From NCBI RefSeq assembly GCF_040938485.1, contig NW_027271595.1, positions 310,001 to 374,000 of the forward strand: DNA of 64,000 nt, read 5' to 3'. Below the pieces are notes generated by a model. That model was not told the DNA's origin. It made no database searches and was given only the letters and a program-made list of their open reading frames with translations. This stretch comes from Diadema antillarum (Eukaryota). How positions within the stretch are numbered: the stretch's first letter is position 1; each line of letters begins with the position of its first letter. The position numbers and the translations under genes are program-made. This document shows positions 24,269 through 37,845 of this stretch, in pieces.

Positions 24269-25006
24269 CAAGGAGGTTTTTATACATGGAGTTCCAACTG
24301 GCTGTAATTTATTCAAACAGTTGTCTGATTTCTATTGATGTACAAAAGAATTCCACAGGTGCACTTTTGCCTTTGATGATCGATGTTCCAAGCCGCCGTC
24401 TTGCTGAGCAATCTGAAGATTCATTTTGAACGTTATCATAATGTTGGCCATAATTTGCTTACCTATTCATTAAATGAAATGAAATTTCACTTAATAATAA
24501 AGCATGTAAAACAAAAGTCAATCCGTTCAAAAATTTGCGCAAAAGTGTAATTCAGAGCTGTATTATGTGAAAATGTTTAAAACTGTACCATCCTGGAAAG
24601 CTGGTTTTATCACTTTTCGACTTAATTTCCCCAAATGAAACTAACATGTTAATGATCTTCAAGTATGATACTTTATTGATAGATATATCAGATTAGTGCC
24701 CGCGTATGCCCAGTCGAGTAATTTTCATTTTCATTTCAGCACTTTTTCCTCAATTTCTGTTCTCGCATCCTGGTGTCTGTACCACCTAGCTTTTATAAGA
24801 AGGGATAGCGAAAAGTAATTACCATCACAAAGACATATCTTCCTTTGAAAGTGGCTGGTGATTATGTAATGAGGCACGAGTCAATTGTCTTCGTATCAGC
24901 GCGGATCTAATTGTTTGGCACATGATTCAAATATTTTTGAGCGGCGGCATCGAACATAGATCAAAGGGAATAACTCTGTTGTTACTCCATCTCTTCAACC
25001 TCCTTG
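24269..25006. mobile_element. P-element-like non-autonomous transposon, copy A
   Basis: TIR CAAGGAGGTT...AACCTCCTTG with 7-bp TSD GTCAGAT on both sides; homologous and inverted relative to 49098-49832. Confidence 0.85.
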
Positions 25007-25206
25007 GTCAGATATAACCAGAATCTTGGATACATACAATGATGTATTTGACTTCACATACGTTACAGAGAACCTGAGGGAGGACATTGTCAAACACCAC
25101 TAGTACACTGACAGTCAGAGCTTTTCTAGAAACTGTTGAACTCTTCCAATTTTCACCTGCAAAATTGACGAGAAATGTAAAACAGCTAGTACACCGCATC
25201 AACATT

Positions 25207-25664
25207 AGGCGTTTTCACATCAGCCCGATAAAAATCCAAGCTCGAGATATTTTTTTATTAGGCGTTTTCACATCAGAACGATAAAAATCCAAGCTCGAGA
25301 TATTTTTTAATGTCCCAAGTCAGAAAAATAGCGCGCTATTTCGAAACATCGGGCTGATGTGTAAACGCCTATTTTGGCAGTTTTAAGTGTTTGTTTTGTT
25401 TTTTTTTATTGTTGTTTTCTTAAATAGCCAGCTTGCATTGACAATATAAATGTTAAACCTAAATGTTTTCTTTTGAAAGCAATGAAGTGTTTTGAGGTGT
25501 TGACTCAGAAGATTCGCTCCTAAATTATGCACATTATGTATAGAAAGAGCAATAGGCGTTTTCACATCAGCCCGATAAAAATCCAGGCTCGAGATATTTT
25601 CCAATTTCCCAAGTCAGAAAAATAGCGCGCTATTTCGAAACATCGGGCTGATGTGAAAACGCCT
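25207..25664. mobile_element. Cluster of 111-bp mini-MITEs (partial 25207-25256; full 25260-25370 and 25554-25664)
   Basis: TIR AGGCGTTTTCACATCAG with 3-bp TSDs ATT/ATT and AAT/AAT. An empty site with a single AAT lies in the paralogous flank at ~14187. Confidence 0.85.
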
Positions 25665-26550
25665 AATGTGTCAAGTTAAGAAGTGGAAGGGGGTACAAGA
25701 GGAGGTTACATACCCTCCATTATTGATCAAAATATAAAACCAGCACAAAGAGAGCGCTAAAACTGGGTATTACGTAAATATGAAGCATTAACAATTCCAT
25801 TACATCACTCAGCAAAGCAAAGACCATGTTAAAAAGTGACTGCATTTCACCTTCATTTATATGTGTTCAGTTACCTCATTCTGTGTTCAACTATGTTGGC
25901 AATTGAAACCAGAGGCATTTCAACCTTCTTTTAATTTCTCCTTGTGAAGCTGCCTTACTTGAAATTTCTCCTTGTGAAGCTGCCTTACTTGAAATTTCTA
26001 AGACAATGGAATTGCTATACTATGTCTTTGTAGTAAATAGGTCAAGTAAAATTTGTGTTCTGATCGGTTAGACAGCACCATGTGACCATGTGAAAATTTC
26101 AGTGTATAGTGCTCAACCATGCCCTATACCTAAACACTAGCACCTGTATACTTCACGCCAACGCTTTTTATTGTCTGTGCAGCGATATGCAAGGGGAGGG
26201 AGACGAAATTTGGGCAAGGCCTTCTTTAGTTCTTTCAGCTTTATACGTACAGCACAGGATGCAGAAAAGTATGAAGATATGGTAATTCACAAGTCTGCTC
26301 AGCACTACGTGGCTGTACAATCCCGTAGTCCATGGGCCAGGCCAGATGTTGGTACCACCTCACCTGAGGTGGCAAAACCTTTTTGGTGTCATTTTGTTTG
26401 TCGGACATAGATATGCTTATCAAGCTATGATAGCATTTCCAAATGAGTAGCTTAGTCATAATAAATGAATTTTTAACCAATTTGGTCTGTTTTTATATCC
26501 CTATACTTCTGAATCGAAACTAACCGCTACACAAAGAAGAGCACTGTCTT

Positions 26551-27545
26551 CTGTGGCGTAAATCGGGGGGGGGGGATGGGGATATATCCCCCCTGAAATG
26601 GAGGAGGGGGGGGGGGTGGCCTGTACAATCATCCCCCCCCTGAATTTTGAGGGAAAAAATGGAGGAAGCAGAAATGTCATTGTAACAATTTTGACATAAT
26701 TATTGCATGACGCTTGTACGCCGGCCTTCAGACAGGTAACATAGCTGAACAGTATTCTAAATCTTGTAGGAAAATGCATAATATCTCAAGCGCTCGCTCG
26801 CTTCACTCGCTCGCGAAGAAAGTAACATCGACATACAGTCACTGTAAGGTATGGCTCAGACGTTGACAACGTCAAATAGTATAGGCCTACATGTAAACAT
26901 GCTATGACGCGAGTAACTGGGGACCATCTGCAAAATATGTACGAAAACAAACAAACAAACAAACAAACAAACAATAACAAAAACTATGTCGTCATATTTG
27001 AACCCCCTCCATTTCCTGAATCATTCCTGAGAAACGACAGTGACTGATTACTCAGTCAGGATATATCTATGGGCATTCCCAGGGAAGATTAGGGGCGTCG
27101 AATATATTGTGACTATTTCATTTTCTTATTTTTCTTTTAAGAAAAGAAAAGAAAATTTTCACCAAAAGTGTGCACCGGATCGCTGAATTTCAGGTCTGAA
27201 AATGCAAAATCTTCCTCGTGTGGGAGAGGGATACCCCCCTACACCACCCCCCCCCCCCCCCGTTCGGTCGCTCCGCTCCCTCTCACAGATATTTAAAAAA
27301 CAAAACAAAAATGTCTTCATACTTTTAAGGTCTGATTTTCCGCCGAAAGTCATCTGACAAGCAAAAAAAAAAAATCAACAACAAAAAATCTTCACATTTT
27401 TGCTGCCACTTTCCTCCCACTTTATATATTTCATGCAAAAGAGTGGGACATCCGATCCCTGTAAAGTGTGCTGGGGGGGGGGGGGGGCACCAAGCTTCTT
27501 CCCCCCCCCCCCCCCCCCACTCCTCAGTACGGATTTACGCCGTTG
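26551..27545. mobile_element. Possible hAT-type MITE remnant with poly-G/poly-C tracts
   Basis: Imperfect TIR CTGTGGCGTAAATC / GATTTACGCCGTTG; no TSD found. Confidence 0.35.
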
Positions 27546-27855
27546 CTTCTGTATGTCCACAGGTGTTCTGTTGTAAACACGGTGCACTTAGTCTATTCTC
27601 CCTGGTACCAATAACCCATTTTTCGGGTCTTGGCCCATGGACTAATAAACAAGATTTCACTTTATACTCTACACACACAAAATCAGTACCGGTAGTAGAT
27701 CTTGTAGGGCCTAGACCTACAGAAAATACATGTAGATCTAGGGGTTTTTTACTATAGCAATTAGTCCATGTTTTATTGATGCATCAGGACTTGCTGGGCC
27801 CTGTTTTATCAAGATAAAGTTGATTGTGAAATCAACGCTAACTTTATCCAACTTG

Positions 27856-27978
27856 GGCCCCGTCTTATAAAGCCTTGAAATCAATCACAAGTCCCCAAAT
27901 CAATCGCAATTTGCATTGCAGCACACATAACAAGAAACTTGTGATTAATTTCTATCACAAGTCTTTATAAGACAGGCC
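27856..27978. mobile_element. ~120-bp Harbinger-type mini-MITE nested near the left terminus
   Basis: TIR GGCCCCGTCTTATAAAG / CTTTATAAGACAGGCC. Confidence 0.7.
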
Positions 27979-29471
27979 CGCTCTAACTTTAAATCTACTG
28001 TACTGTAAGTTTCCGTTTTACGAAGAGACTATTATAGTTATTATAGTTATTGCTGATCACCATGGCCATGACTTATATTATCTTAATCGATATAACAATT
28101 TGTGGACGAGCCTTGCGCCTCCTCATTATCCGAAATTGCGCAATTTTCACTACTGAGTATTTTATGTTCACATGTCGTCTGCGCGGAGAGGAGAGGAAAT
28201 TTTGGTAACCAACGCAACAGAACGTGAGTATAGAATATGCGTTAAATGCGTCATATGGTTACGACCAAAGTTTTCAGAGTTGAACACAAATGTTAATTTT
28301 ATGGATTACATGTGCGTTTAGGCTCCGATGGTGTGTAGACTAAAATTACTTTCAACGTTTGCGCGTACCGCGTCATCGCATCGCGTTGTCAGCCGTAGTC
28401 CCACATTACTATGTACGTGTAATGCCGTTCATGCGGGTTAATTAAGGTTACTTTCATATGGAATGCTGCACACAGAGACATTGAAGCTGGGAAGTTTAAC
28501 GTTACATTCGTTGACAAATGTATTAGACATGATGCAATTTAGAAGCCACTGTCTAATAATACAGAATATATATATACATGGATTCCCCGGAAATCCTGGG
28601 TTTTAGGGAGCTACATTTCTTACTCGATCCTCGATTTTTTTACTTAGCCTGACCGGGCGGGACCGTTGAGCGACGATGTGCGAGCTAGCTAGTAGAGTCT
28701 ATAACGTTAGACTAACGAAAGGCCAAGGCCTACTCGGGTACTCGGCTGTGTCTGTACAGTGCTGTAGGACCTATAAATTTATAGCTTTGTTTTTACTTTC
28801 CGACGGTAGGCACCTAATTACTAGATTAGTTAGAGTATACAGGCCCATATGACTGGTACAGCGCCATAATATTGGTACACCCAGCACAGGGAGTGGGAGG
28901 TGACCTCCCTGGTGCAAAATAAAACCTAACGTTATAATTCTTTTACACACTGAAGCTGACATAGGCCTTTAGCCAAGTGCTAGTCTAGATTAGATAATTC
29001 ATAACCTTGTGTGTAATTTGTATCATGTTTGAAAGATGCAGCCTGTTACCTCTTAAAATTTCACAGGCCTAAATTTAAACAAGGCGCCAGCAGAGGCCAT
29101 GAAAAAGCTTCACCAAAAGTTCTTGTTCTTTGTGACCTTCCCGAACTAGAATTTCAAACTAGAAATTTGCAGGCAAGTTAAGATGCGGTCCTCGTCATTT
29201 ATTTGTAGACCACTGTTTCCCAGTTATGCAGTTGTTGGGCACGGAATGGTGAATAGTCATTTGTGCAAGTGAAGTGTGTTTTTTCAGTCAGACTCATCAA
29301 GTGACAATTTGATGCAATTTCAATAGTCGCGCTCTATCCACACGTAGTGCTCCTCTACAAGTTAGTTAGCGTGGATGTGTCTTCCTGGACATTTTGCTGA
29401 CTAAACCATACAGATAGTCAACAGCAGTCAGATTACAATTGACTAGTGAGCTCACAAAGATGTTTACTTAA

Positions 29472-30026
29472 AGGACAAGTTCACCTTCATAAACATAAGG
29501 GTTGAGAAAATGTAGCAATAATAGTGGAACAATCATTGAAAGTTTGAGGAAAATTGAACAATCCGTTCAAAAGTTATGAATTTTTGAAGTTTTTGTGCAG
29601 CAGCTGCTGGATGAGAAGACTACTGCAGTTTACGATGTCACATGCGTACAACAATACAGGAAAATATAAAGAAAATTTCACAAAATTTCATCTTCTGAAA
29701 AAAGTACACATTTCCTTGACTAGTTACCGACATATGTTGTAGGTAATATTATTCCCCCTGCCTTTAGAAAGAGGCAAGTCAAATGCTCTTTTATTATGCG
29801 AAAAAAGTGAAAATATGTTGAATTTTCTTTACATTTTCTTTATACTGTTGTACTCATGACATCACAAGCTGTAGTAGTCTCCTTGTCCAGCAGTTCCAAC
29901 ACACAAATTTTAAAAATTCATAACTTTTGCATCGATTGTCCAATTTTCCTCAAACTTTCACTGATGTGTTCTACTAATATTGTTGCATTCTCTTAACCCT
30001 TATGTTTATGAAGGTGAACTTGTCCT
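29472..30026. mobile_element. Kolobok-like MITE
   Basis: ~170-bp TIRs AGGACAAGTTCACCTTCATAAAC..., flanked by TTAA and TTGA; same family as 40576-41888. Confidence 0.82.
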
Positions 30027-30344
30027 TTGATAAAATCAGCCTTTCCTCCAGACAGACTGTGACATGATTGGAACAGCTCCATGAATTTTTAGTGGTGACA
30101 GCGTGTTTGAAGCTTGCAAATTAATGAAGTTTTAATATCAGTGCATACAAATTGAAAGTGTGTACGAGTCATGGACAGGCTTAACTATGATACACAGCCC
30201 TGTCGCTGTACACAAGTGTAAAGTCGCAACAGGGCTGTACCGTGTGGACACTACGTAATATTATAATTCTTTGGCGCCAACTCTTGTTTTGAATTTACTG
30301 CACCACATTTGTTACAAAGACTACATAAGATGAAAACTTTACTA

Positions 30345-30530
30345 CAGTGAACTCCCATTACAACGAAGTCCTCGGGACCGGCAATTTTCTTTCGTTATAT
30401 CGAAATTTCGTTATAAAGGAGCAAATCAACAATAAAAATACATAGAGTGGATAATATTGCGGCCTGAATTTTTTCTTCGTTGTAACCGGAATTTCGTTAT
30501 AACCGTGTTCGTTATAACGGGAGTGCACTG
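30345..30530. mobile_element. Tc1/pogo (Tigger-like) MITE
   Basis: TA TSD; TIR CAGTGAACTCCCATTACAACGAA / TTCGTTATAACGGGAGTGCACTG. Confidence 0.85.
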
Positions 30531-33500
30531 TATTTAGCTACCGTTTTCAGCTGTTGATATTGACATAGATATTTAACAACTTAACAAAGATGACACATCT
30601 TTTAATCCTGTACGCCGCAGAAATCGTAGAAGTGAGTCGAAATGTCGGCGCAGCACTTGGCAAAGGGGGCATTGTCGACCGCGTGGGCGTACAAACTCTA
30701 GCAGCACAATTTGCATCTTTCAAAGCTGGTAAAGATTTATTTTGAATCGCCCAGCGAAGATCACAGCATTCCGGGTTAAGATTATACTTTTTGCTCAGTG
30801 TATGTTGCGTGAAGGCTTTCTATGGACTGAAATACCATGCTCATAGTCTAAGCATCTCAATTCATATGAGTGATTCGTAAAATTAGTGATAAGAATGTAT
30901 AAATTTTCAACAGTTTTGTTAGTGTGTGGCCGTGTTCGAGAGGTTTAGTAGATATGTGTACCACACACCGTCAGATGCCGTGCGCTAGCACGACTTCTGG
31001 TCGGGCTAGGACAGGCTGTACCAAACTTGTCACTAAAGAAGTCAACATAAAAAACTATTTTTGGGGGGGGCAAAATTTCTTCTATGAAATAAATTGTATG
31101 CATTTATACTGTCGTTATAATGCCACATAGTTTTCCAAACATACACTCAAGACTTAATCTATTTCGAAACTATAGCACAAAAACCCTAAAGTGTACCAAT
31201 CTTGGGCATGTTAATCTATGTGTCTATACCCATAAACTAGGGTTTAATACATCTCCACTATTCTAGTGGAGCTGTTTGTTTGTTTTTGTTGGCCCAATCC
31301 AATGTCCTAAGATTGGGCCCCATTTCATCAAAAGATGAAATTAATGTAAAAACCAGGAAATCATTATTTTTGTTTTTGTTATGAAATAACTGCATCAAGT
31401 ACATATGGCTTTTTTTTTAATTCAAAGGCTTACAGACATGCTGAAATCAAAGAATACAGGATGTGGATTGACTGATGATGCCAAGGTAAGCAGTTTTAAG
31501 GATCTTTCATCCCAAATAGATAAGCAATTTTTTTTTTCAATAAACAATCTACTTTAAGTACTTATGTGTTTCATATTCATTTTTCTCAAATCTTCTCTTA
31601 ATACAATGACTTTTTTTTTTTGTTAAGTTTATCCAAATGATGGAAAGCTTTTATTGAAGCTAAAATAAGTAGTTGGCCAGTTAAACATCACTTGTGTTCT
31701 CTTGAAACTGTTTACTTACAGTGAGCTGATGGCACTTTTTCAACGAATACAACAGATGGATCATATCAAGGAAGACTGTCCACCTCAATAGTGATGTGCT
31801 GGCCTCTGGGATGATAGGAAAAATGCCATGACCTCTTGAAATAATAGGCCTACTTAGTTTTGTGATATGTAGGTTATTGATATGTGCAAGAAGTTTTTAT
31901 TGATGTGACTTTGGCAATTCTGGAGCAACTATACTGTAGTTTGTCCAATCTAATTTTTGCCAGCATGGGTCATGGTTGTGAATATAAACTGTCCGTCCGT
32001 CATCAATTCTTTTCCTACTAATTGAATGTATACCATTTTATGAACAGGTAAATCGTATATTTGCTTTCCATGTTGCCTTTGCATACAAGTGAGATGATTG
32101 AATACTGCGTCTGGTCTGGCTATATCGCCTTGTGCATTTTCAAACAATTCTTGTGTGTAAATATGCTCTATAAGCCACATTTCTTGTCGGATTTATTCAA
32201 ACTTGCTATGTAGGTTTTTGGGGAGTTAATCTAGGAATCAAAAGCTTTCATTGCCAGCGCTCTCATTGTTCAACCTTTTATAGGATGACATGTCATATCC
32301 CTTGTATGTTATTATATACATACATTTCTTGCCGGATTTTATTGTATCCTGTGACAGTTAACATATTTTACAGCATTCTTGCCTAAAAAGTAAGATGGGG
32401 TATAGGAGACAGGTTAGGGGGGTACATGTACATGTGCTCAATTGCGAGTGCTCTAGGTTTTTTAGTGTGTCAAAAACAGAAGGAATGTGAATGATAAAGA
32501 AATATTTATTGCATTAACTACTCTACACTATAGTAACTTGTAGAGGGGACAAGTGGATCACGAATTACAATTAACACCAATTAGGATAGTGTGGGGTAGT
32601 GGAGGGGGGAGGGGGCTGTGGAATCTGCCCTCTCCCCCCTCCCCCCCCCCCCCTGCATTTCTTGTAATAACTTGGCAACGCAGGAAGACCTCATCCCCCA
32701 CCTTCTTTGCCTCTTTCTTTCAACACATTTTGAGACCAAATTGTAATGTCTCTGTATACTGTGATGAACTCACATAGATTTTTATAATGGCATGTTATCC
32801 CAAAACATTCACAAGTTGGTGATTTTGTTTACATTCTTGTGAGAAACAGTGTGTGTGTGTGTTTGGGGGGAGGGGGACTGAAGTCAGCCAAATCTAGCAT
32901 CACCAAAAAAATTCCAACCTGTTAACGGTTAAAAAAGCTTAACTTCATAACAATGTTAAGGCCTATTCCAGTGATATGCCGTTAATATCTTTTTATTTGT
33001 CTTTCATTCAGGCAACTAACAGTGCAGAGCTGATGGATCAACTTGTTTCAGTTATCCCAACAATAGCAGTGCCTGTACTAGATGAATGTGAGTGCCAGAC
33101 CTGCTCGTCTTTCATTTGCACATAATTAAAAAAACAACAACAATTATTAGCATGGAAAATTTTGTTATTTCAAAGGAACATTTTCTTGAAATTCGACAAA
33201 ATGTAAACATACTTTTGTGAGTATGATAATTGATAGAATATTTATTTCAGTTCTCTGCAATTACAAAAATATTGTTCATATTAATTTTTTTCCCTGTCCC
33301 ATTGAATACCTCAGATGTCACAAGAAATATTAAAGAAAAAACCTTTACCATGCGAACTTAATAAGATAAAATTATGCATTCAGCCACTAGTTTAATGTCA
33401 ACAACTTCAACCAATGAATTCTGTGTGTTTGACTGTTTTTATGACGCTCATTATCATTAAAGTGGATACCTTTCTGTACTGAAGTCAGAAACTTTAATGA

Positions 33501-34119
33501 CCATATCAATTACGCTGATGTCAAGGAACCAATTTAATGCAAATATTTTTTTTTTTTAAAGTTACCTAGTGCAATGGACCAAAATTACGCACTGTATAGT
33601 GAAATATAGGACACACAACTCAAGTCAGCTGGAGCTCCGTAAAGAGATTTTATATCTTTGGCTGAGATGAGGAATCTGCCGTTAACTTATTGCAAGATGC
33701 TTAGAAAACACTGTGATGTGTTAAAAAGTCTACAGGTCGTAAAGAGGAATTTAATCTTTGATTGATGAAGATCGCTTCTCAAATTACTTAGATATCCAAA
33801 AACAAAGTGCAACAAAAGCATTCTAATGGGGGTTTTGACCCACTTTTCAGTAGCATTAATTTGTTTTGGATAATTTTTGACATTTCTTAGCAAGTTGTTA
33901 TCAAAAACAATTTGTATTGCTTAAAATGCTCTTTATTCTCAGAGTTTCAATACTCTATTACATCTCGTAAAAGGTTCATCCAAATAGTTGAAAACAAGTA
34001 GTCCCATTTAAACCATTCCATTAAATTGGACACCTCTATTGATTACATTTTTTAATAAAAAGATCTCTTTCCATCACATTAGCATTCATTCATTGTTAGT
34101 GTTTTATCTTAAGCTTTAA

Positions 34120-34712
34120 AGGGTGTGTACAGTTCTGGTTGAAGTGAGGATTTAGCTTTTAACGTTTTGCGAGATATTCAGATAACACTCTATGAGATGT
34201 CAAAGAGCATGCAATTCTTAGGTGTGCTGTAAAAGTGGATATTTTCGCGCGACTAATTTTTCGCGCTTGGCTGGGTAAGAAGAGTTTCGCATGTTTATAA
34301 TTCCGCGGAATAAAGACATCACGCACAGGAACATATTACGGCAAGCAAAAATATTTGCGTGCTTTTATTTTCGCGCTAGTTTCTGGTTGCGCGAAAATTT
34401 CAACACCACGAAAATTTCCACTCTTACAGTATCAAAAGTTTATTTGATGAAAATCGGTTTTGAAATGGCTGAGATATCCAAAAGGTGAAACGAAGAGATC
34501 CTGATAAAGTTGTGGCCTGTAGTCTTTTATCATTACACCTGTATCACTTTTTTGGATATCTCAGCCATTTGAAAACCAATTTTCATCAAATAAACGTTGA
34601 ATCCTTAAAATTACACGCTCTTTCATATTTCATAAGAGGTTTCTCATTTTCTCACTTAATTAAGAATGTTAAAAACATGAATCCCCACCTCAGCCAGTAC
34701 TGTACAGTCCCT
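34120..34712. mobile_element. Kolobok-like MITE containing a nested Tc1/mariner-type MITE (34227-34429)
   Basis: TTAA-AGGGTGTGTACAG...CTGTACAGTCCCT-GTAA. The inner element reads CTGTAAAAGTGG...CCACTCTTACAG-TA and is related to 51605-52060 and 55189-55428. Confidence 0.75.
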
Positions 34713-37700
34713 GTAATGTGAAATATAATTGGGATGCAATATGTGTGTAATATTTTCATAAATGACACTCCCTGACTTGAATCATTCGTATTCTCTTTCT
34801 GCAAAGTTGAGGCAACTCCACCGGTGCATCCTAAACCATGCCAGGCAACATCATCATGTCAGCAGCAAGTTCTGTCATCACAACCTTTGCAGTCATCAAC
34901 AACAACACCAACACAACCAACACCAACACATAAACCACCAACATCAATGACGTCAACCAGGAAATCACCATCAGAACCAACCCTACATGAAATTCAAGTT
35001 GAGCTCCTGAACACCAAACGTGAGCTGCTCTCTGTTGAGAAGCAGGATTTGGAGGTTAGGAGGGAGGAACTTAACATTTTGAAAGACATTCGTACCTTGC
35101 TTAACAATCTTGTTTCTCAGGAGGATTGAATCAGATGTGCTCCTCTTTTGGCAGTATTAATAAGCCATTTTAGTTCTTGTAAACATTGGTACAAATGACC
35201 TTTCCTTTTATCTCATTTAGTTAGGCTCTTCACTTGTTTTCAAAGCAGTATAATGCATAAGCTTGCCCGATTTAACAATATATGGAATTCGTGTTGAAAC
35301 AAATAATGCAATTGCATTGAGAACATGTGATCAGATTACTCCAGTAGTTTTCAATTTCACCGGCATCCATGTCATTGTTTTTATAGAATGTAATAACAGC
35401 ATATTTCCTGTTATATTGCAAAATACTATTTTTTCTGTTAAATGGATGTGCTGGCAAGAACCATTTAGATAAGAATCACATGAATAATCATCGCATCACA
35501 GATGAGTACCTCAACGAATTTACAAACCATACAGATTGTTGGTACAAATAACCTTTTCCATCTCTTGCGAAAATTGGATTTACAATTTAGTCTATTCATG
35601 TGATCAACATCAAGTACAAACAAAACTACCAATACCACGAGTTCTTCATTTTCTAAAGACAGCTTTTCAGCTGTTTGCCATTTTATTTAAAGAAACATTA
35701 AGCTGAAATGATGTTGTTAGTCTCTCATTACTAGTCAACATTTCAGTAAACTATGTTAAGCAAGAGGTGATTGAAAACGTCTATTTCAATAGCATACCCT
35801 TCAGATGAAAATTGTGAATGGGATCGACCCTTCATTCTTTATAAGTCAGCAGGTTAGTACAGAGTAAATGCAACAACATTTAATGAAGGTGTATCATAGC
35901 ATGTAAAAGTCAAGTTTAAGTCCACCAAAGCAGTTGCCTTCCTGCATGAATGGAAAAGAGTTTCCTCAGTAAGCAGATATAGAGACTGTGTCCCATCATG
36001 AAGTGATTGAAGTTATAATGTAGGTATCATACCTTTCCTGAAATGGTTGCACATTTTACTACTCAAAATCTCTTACTCTGTTCACATAAACATATCAAGT
36101 GTGTGGCAAATATCCCTGAAGATGCATTGGCAGTGATGAGATAATAATTCATAAGGAGCATTGAGTTAACTGCTCAACAATGTGTGGTTGTGAAGAAGAA
36201 TGAGATAGATATTTCCCACAAGCAAGATTTCGCGCTCAGCTGAGTAGGATGGATTCGGCATATTTTCAATTTTGAGGAACCAGGGCGTAAATTACTGGAA
36301 CATTTGGCATGCAAGAATAGTTGGTTGCTTTCATTTTTGCACTAGGGTCTGATTGTGAAAAGTGTGCTGAAATTTCCACTTTTACAGTACTTCATTATGT
36401 TATGACCTTCCATGAGTTTCTTGCATTGTTAACAATATAACCAAGTGATGTCTTCTATTGTACATGTAGTGATTATCACAAACAGTGCATGACGCAGCTC
36501 CAATATAAACACCTTAGCAAGAAGTTTTGTAAAATAATAATTACAGTAAACATTTGCAGAACACCTTTTTACACTGGATACAAATGCCCCTTCCAAAATA
36601 ATTTTTTTTTCTTCTTCACACTTGCCAAACGCATCTATCAATTTGGTAATCAGTTTTATACCACCAATGTGGATAAAGTTGGTCTGGTGAACTGGTCATG
36701 TGCTATACTGATACAATCAAATGACATGACGCTATATGCAAAGAAGTTGTTATATGCAGTTGAAATATGACCGAAATCATATATAAGTTGATGTCCACGT
36801 TGTGATGTAGATGAATTCAGTGGTCCAGTCCACATCCAATCTTGCTTTGTTTCCATAAGTTGTTAGTGGCTGAAGAGAATTTGACAGAAATAGAGAAATT
36901 ACTATTGATTAGATCATTATTCAGACATGATGATTACCCTTCAATATAAAACCAACACAATTTATCAAGACATTGACTTCTAGTTAAGACAACGTTTTGA
37001 AAAGAGCTGACTCTGCGCTTTAAGATGATGTACCCAGTAATTCAAATGGACTCTTCCAACCTACTTAATTTTTGGAAATATCGAACCTACTGTGGAATAG
37101 TCAACTGAGAAAAGAGGCTCTGAAATACAGCATCCATTCAAGTGCTTAATTTACACGAAGCTGTGCTATCTATTTAATGAATGGAACAAAAACAGGATGT
37201 ATACCACCAGGGCAGTAACATTGAAGAGTTTTTCTGATTAAGCTGAAATTGATCATACTCAATTAACACATTATTTCCATAGTTATTGGCAACCTTTAAA
37301 GGTAATATCATTATTCTTTCAAATATTGTTAAAGTTCAAAGTGAAGAGTGTGCTAAGGATTTCAAAAAATAAAAAGGGACCTCTAAAATGTACCTCATCA
37401 CACTGCTGTACAAAAAAAGGAGATTTTAAAAAAAGAATTGCTGATAACAAACTTTTCAGTTTATTTCATGATCGAAAGCTTAGGACTCATAGGAAAAAAG
37501 CTCTTTGAGAAAATATGAAAAACTCAAGATTGACTTTGTTGTTCAATTTCACCTTTTCTGAGTCCTCATGTAAGATCAAGGGGGTGCAATTTTCTATTGA
37601 TATTGCCAGCTGGTTATTGTAATGCATGTTCACTTACATGCAAATAACCTGTAACCTTACAAAAGTAACTTCACATTGGATGGTTGGACGATTTCAGTAT

Positions 37701-37845
37701 AAAGATATGGTTCACGTTTATGTTAAGGGATAAATATTTACGCCCAACCAAAAAGTGTCAATGGAGGTGTTTGATTTGATTGTTGTCTGTCTGTTTGCCT
37801 TTCCGTCCATCCTTTTAAAAGGAATTGACTTCATGTACAGCATAA

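Larger units (their letters stand above)
28172..35129 (+). pseudogene. Harbinger ORF2 (Myb/SANT-like partner). Well-supported exons 31428-31485, 33012-33087, 34807-35129; degenerate candidate 5' exons ~28120-28223 and ~29067-29174
   Basis: Three GT-AG exons splice in frame to LTDMLKSKNTGCG...ELMDQLVSVIP...S/T/P-rich...ELLNTKRELLSVEKQDLEVRREELNILKDIR*. This matches the TGGG motif, low-complexity region and coiled-coil layout of Harbinger Myb/SANT proteins. The N-terminal exons carry a frameshift or stops and are uncertain. Confidence 0.6.

Noticed and set aside
26100-26480. Minus ORF with a DYG motif
   Set aside because: At most a highly degenerate LINE RT remnant; not supportable by eye.
31950-32400. 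76-aa minus ORF
   Set aside because: It has a faint resemblance to a decayed CR1/L2 C-terminus (ELFENAQ...), too weak to call, and no splice support.
35130-37300. Possible cargo gene or degraded L1/Tx1 LINE inside the Harbinger
   Set aside because: Only short, stop-riddled fragments with weak and mutually inconsistent motif resemblance. tblastx or an HMM search is needed.
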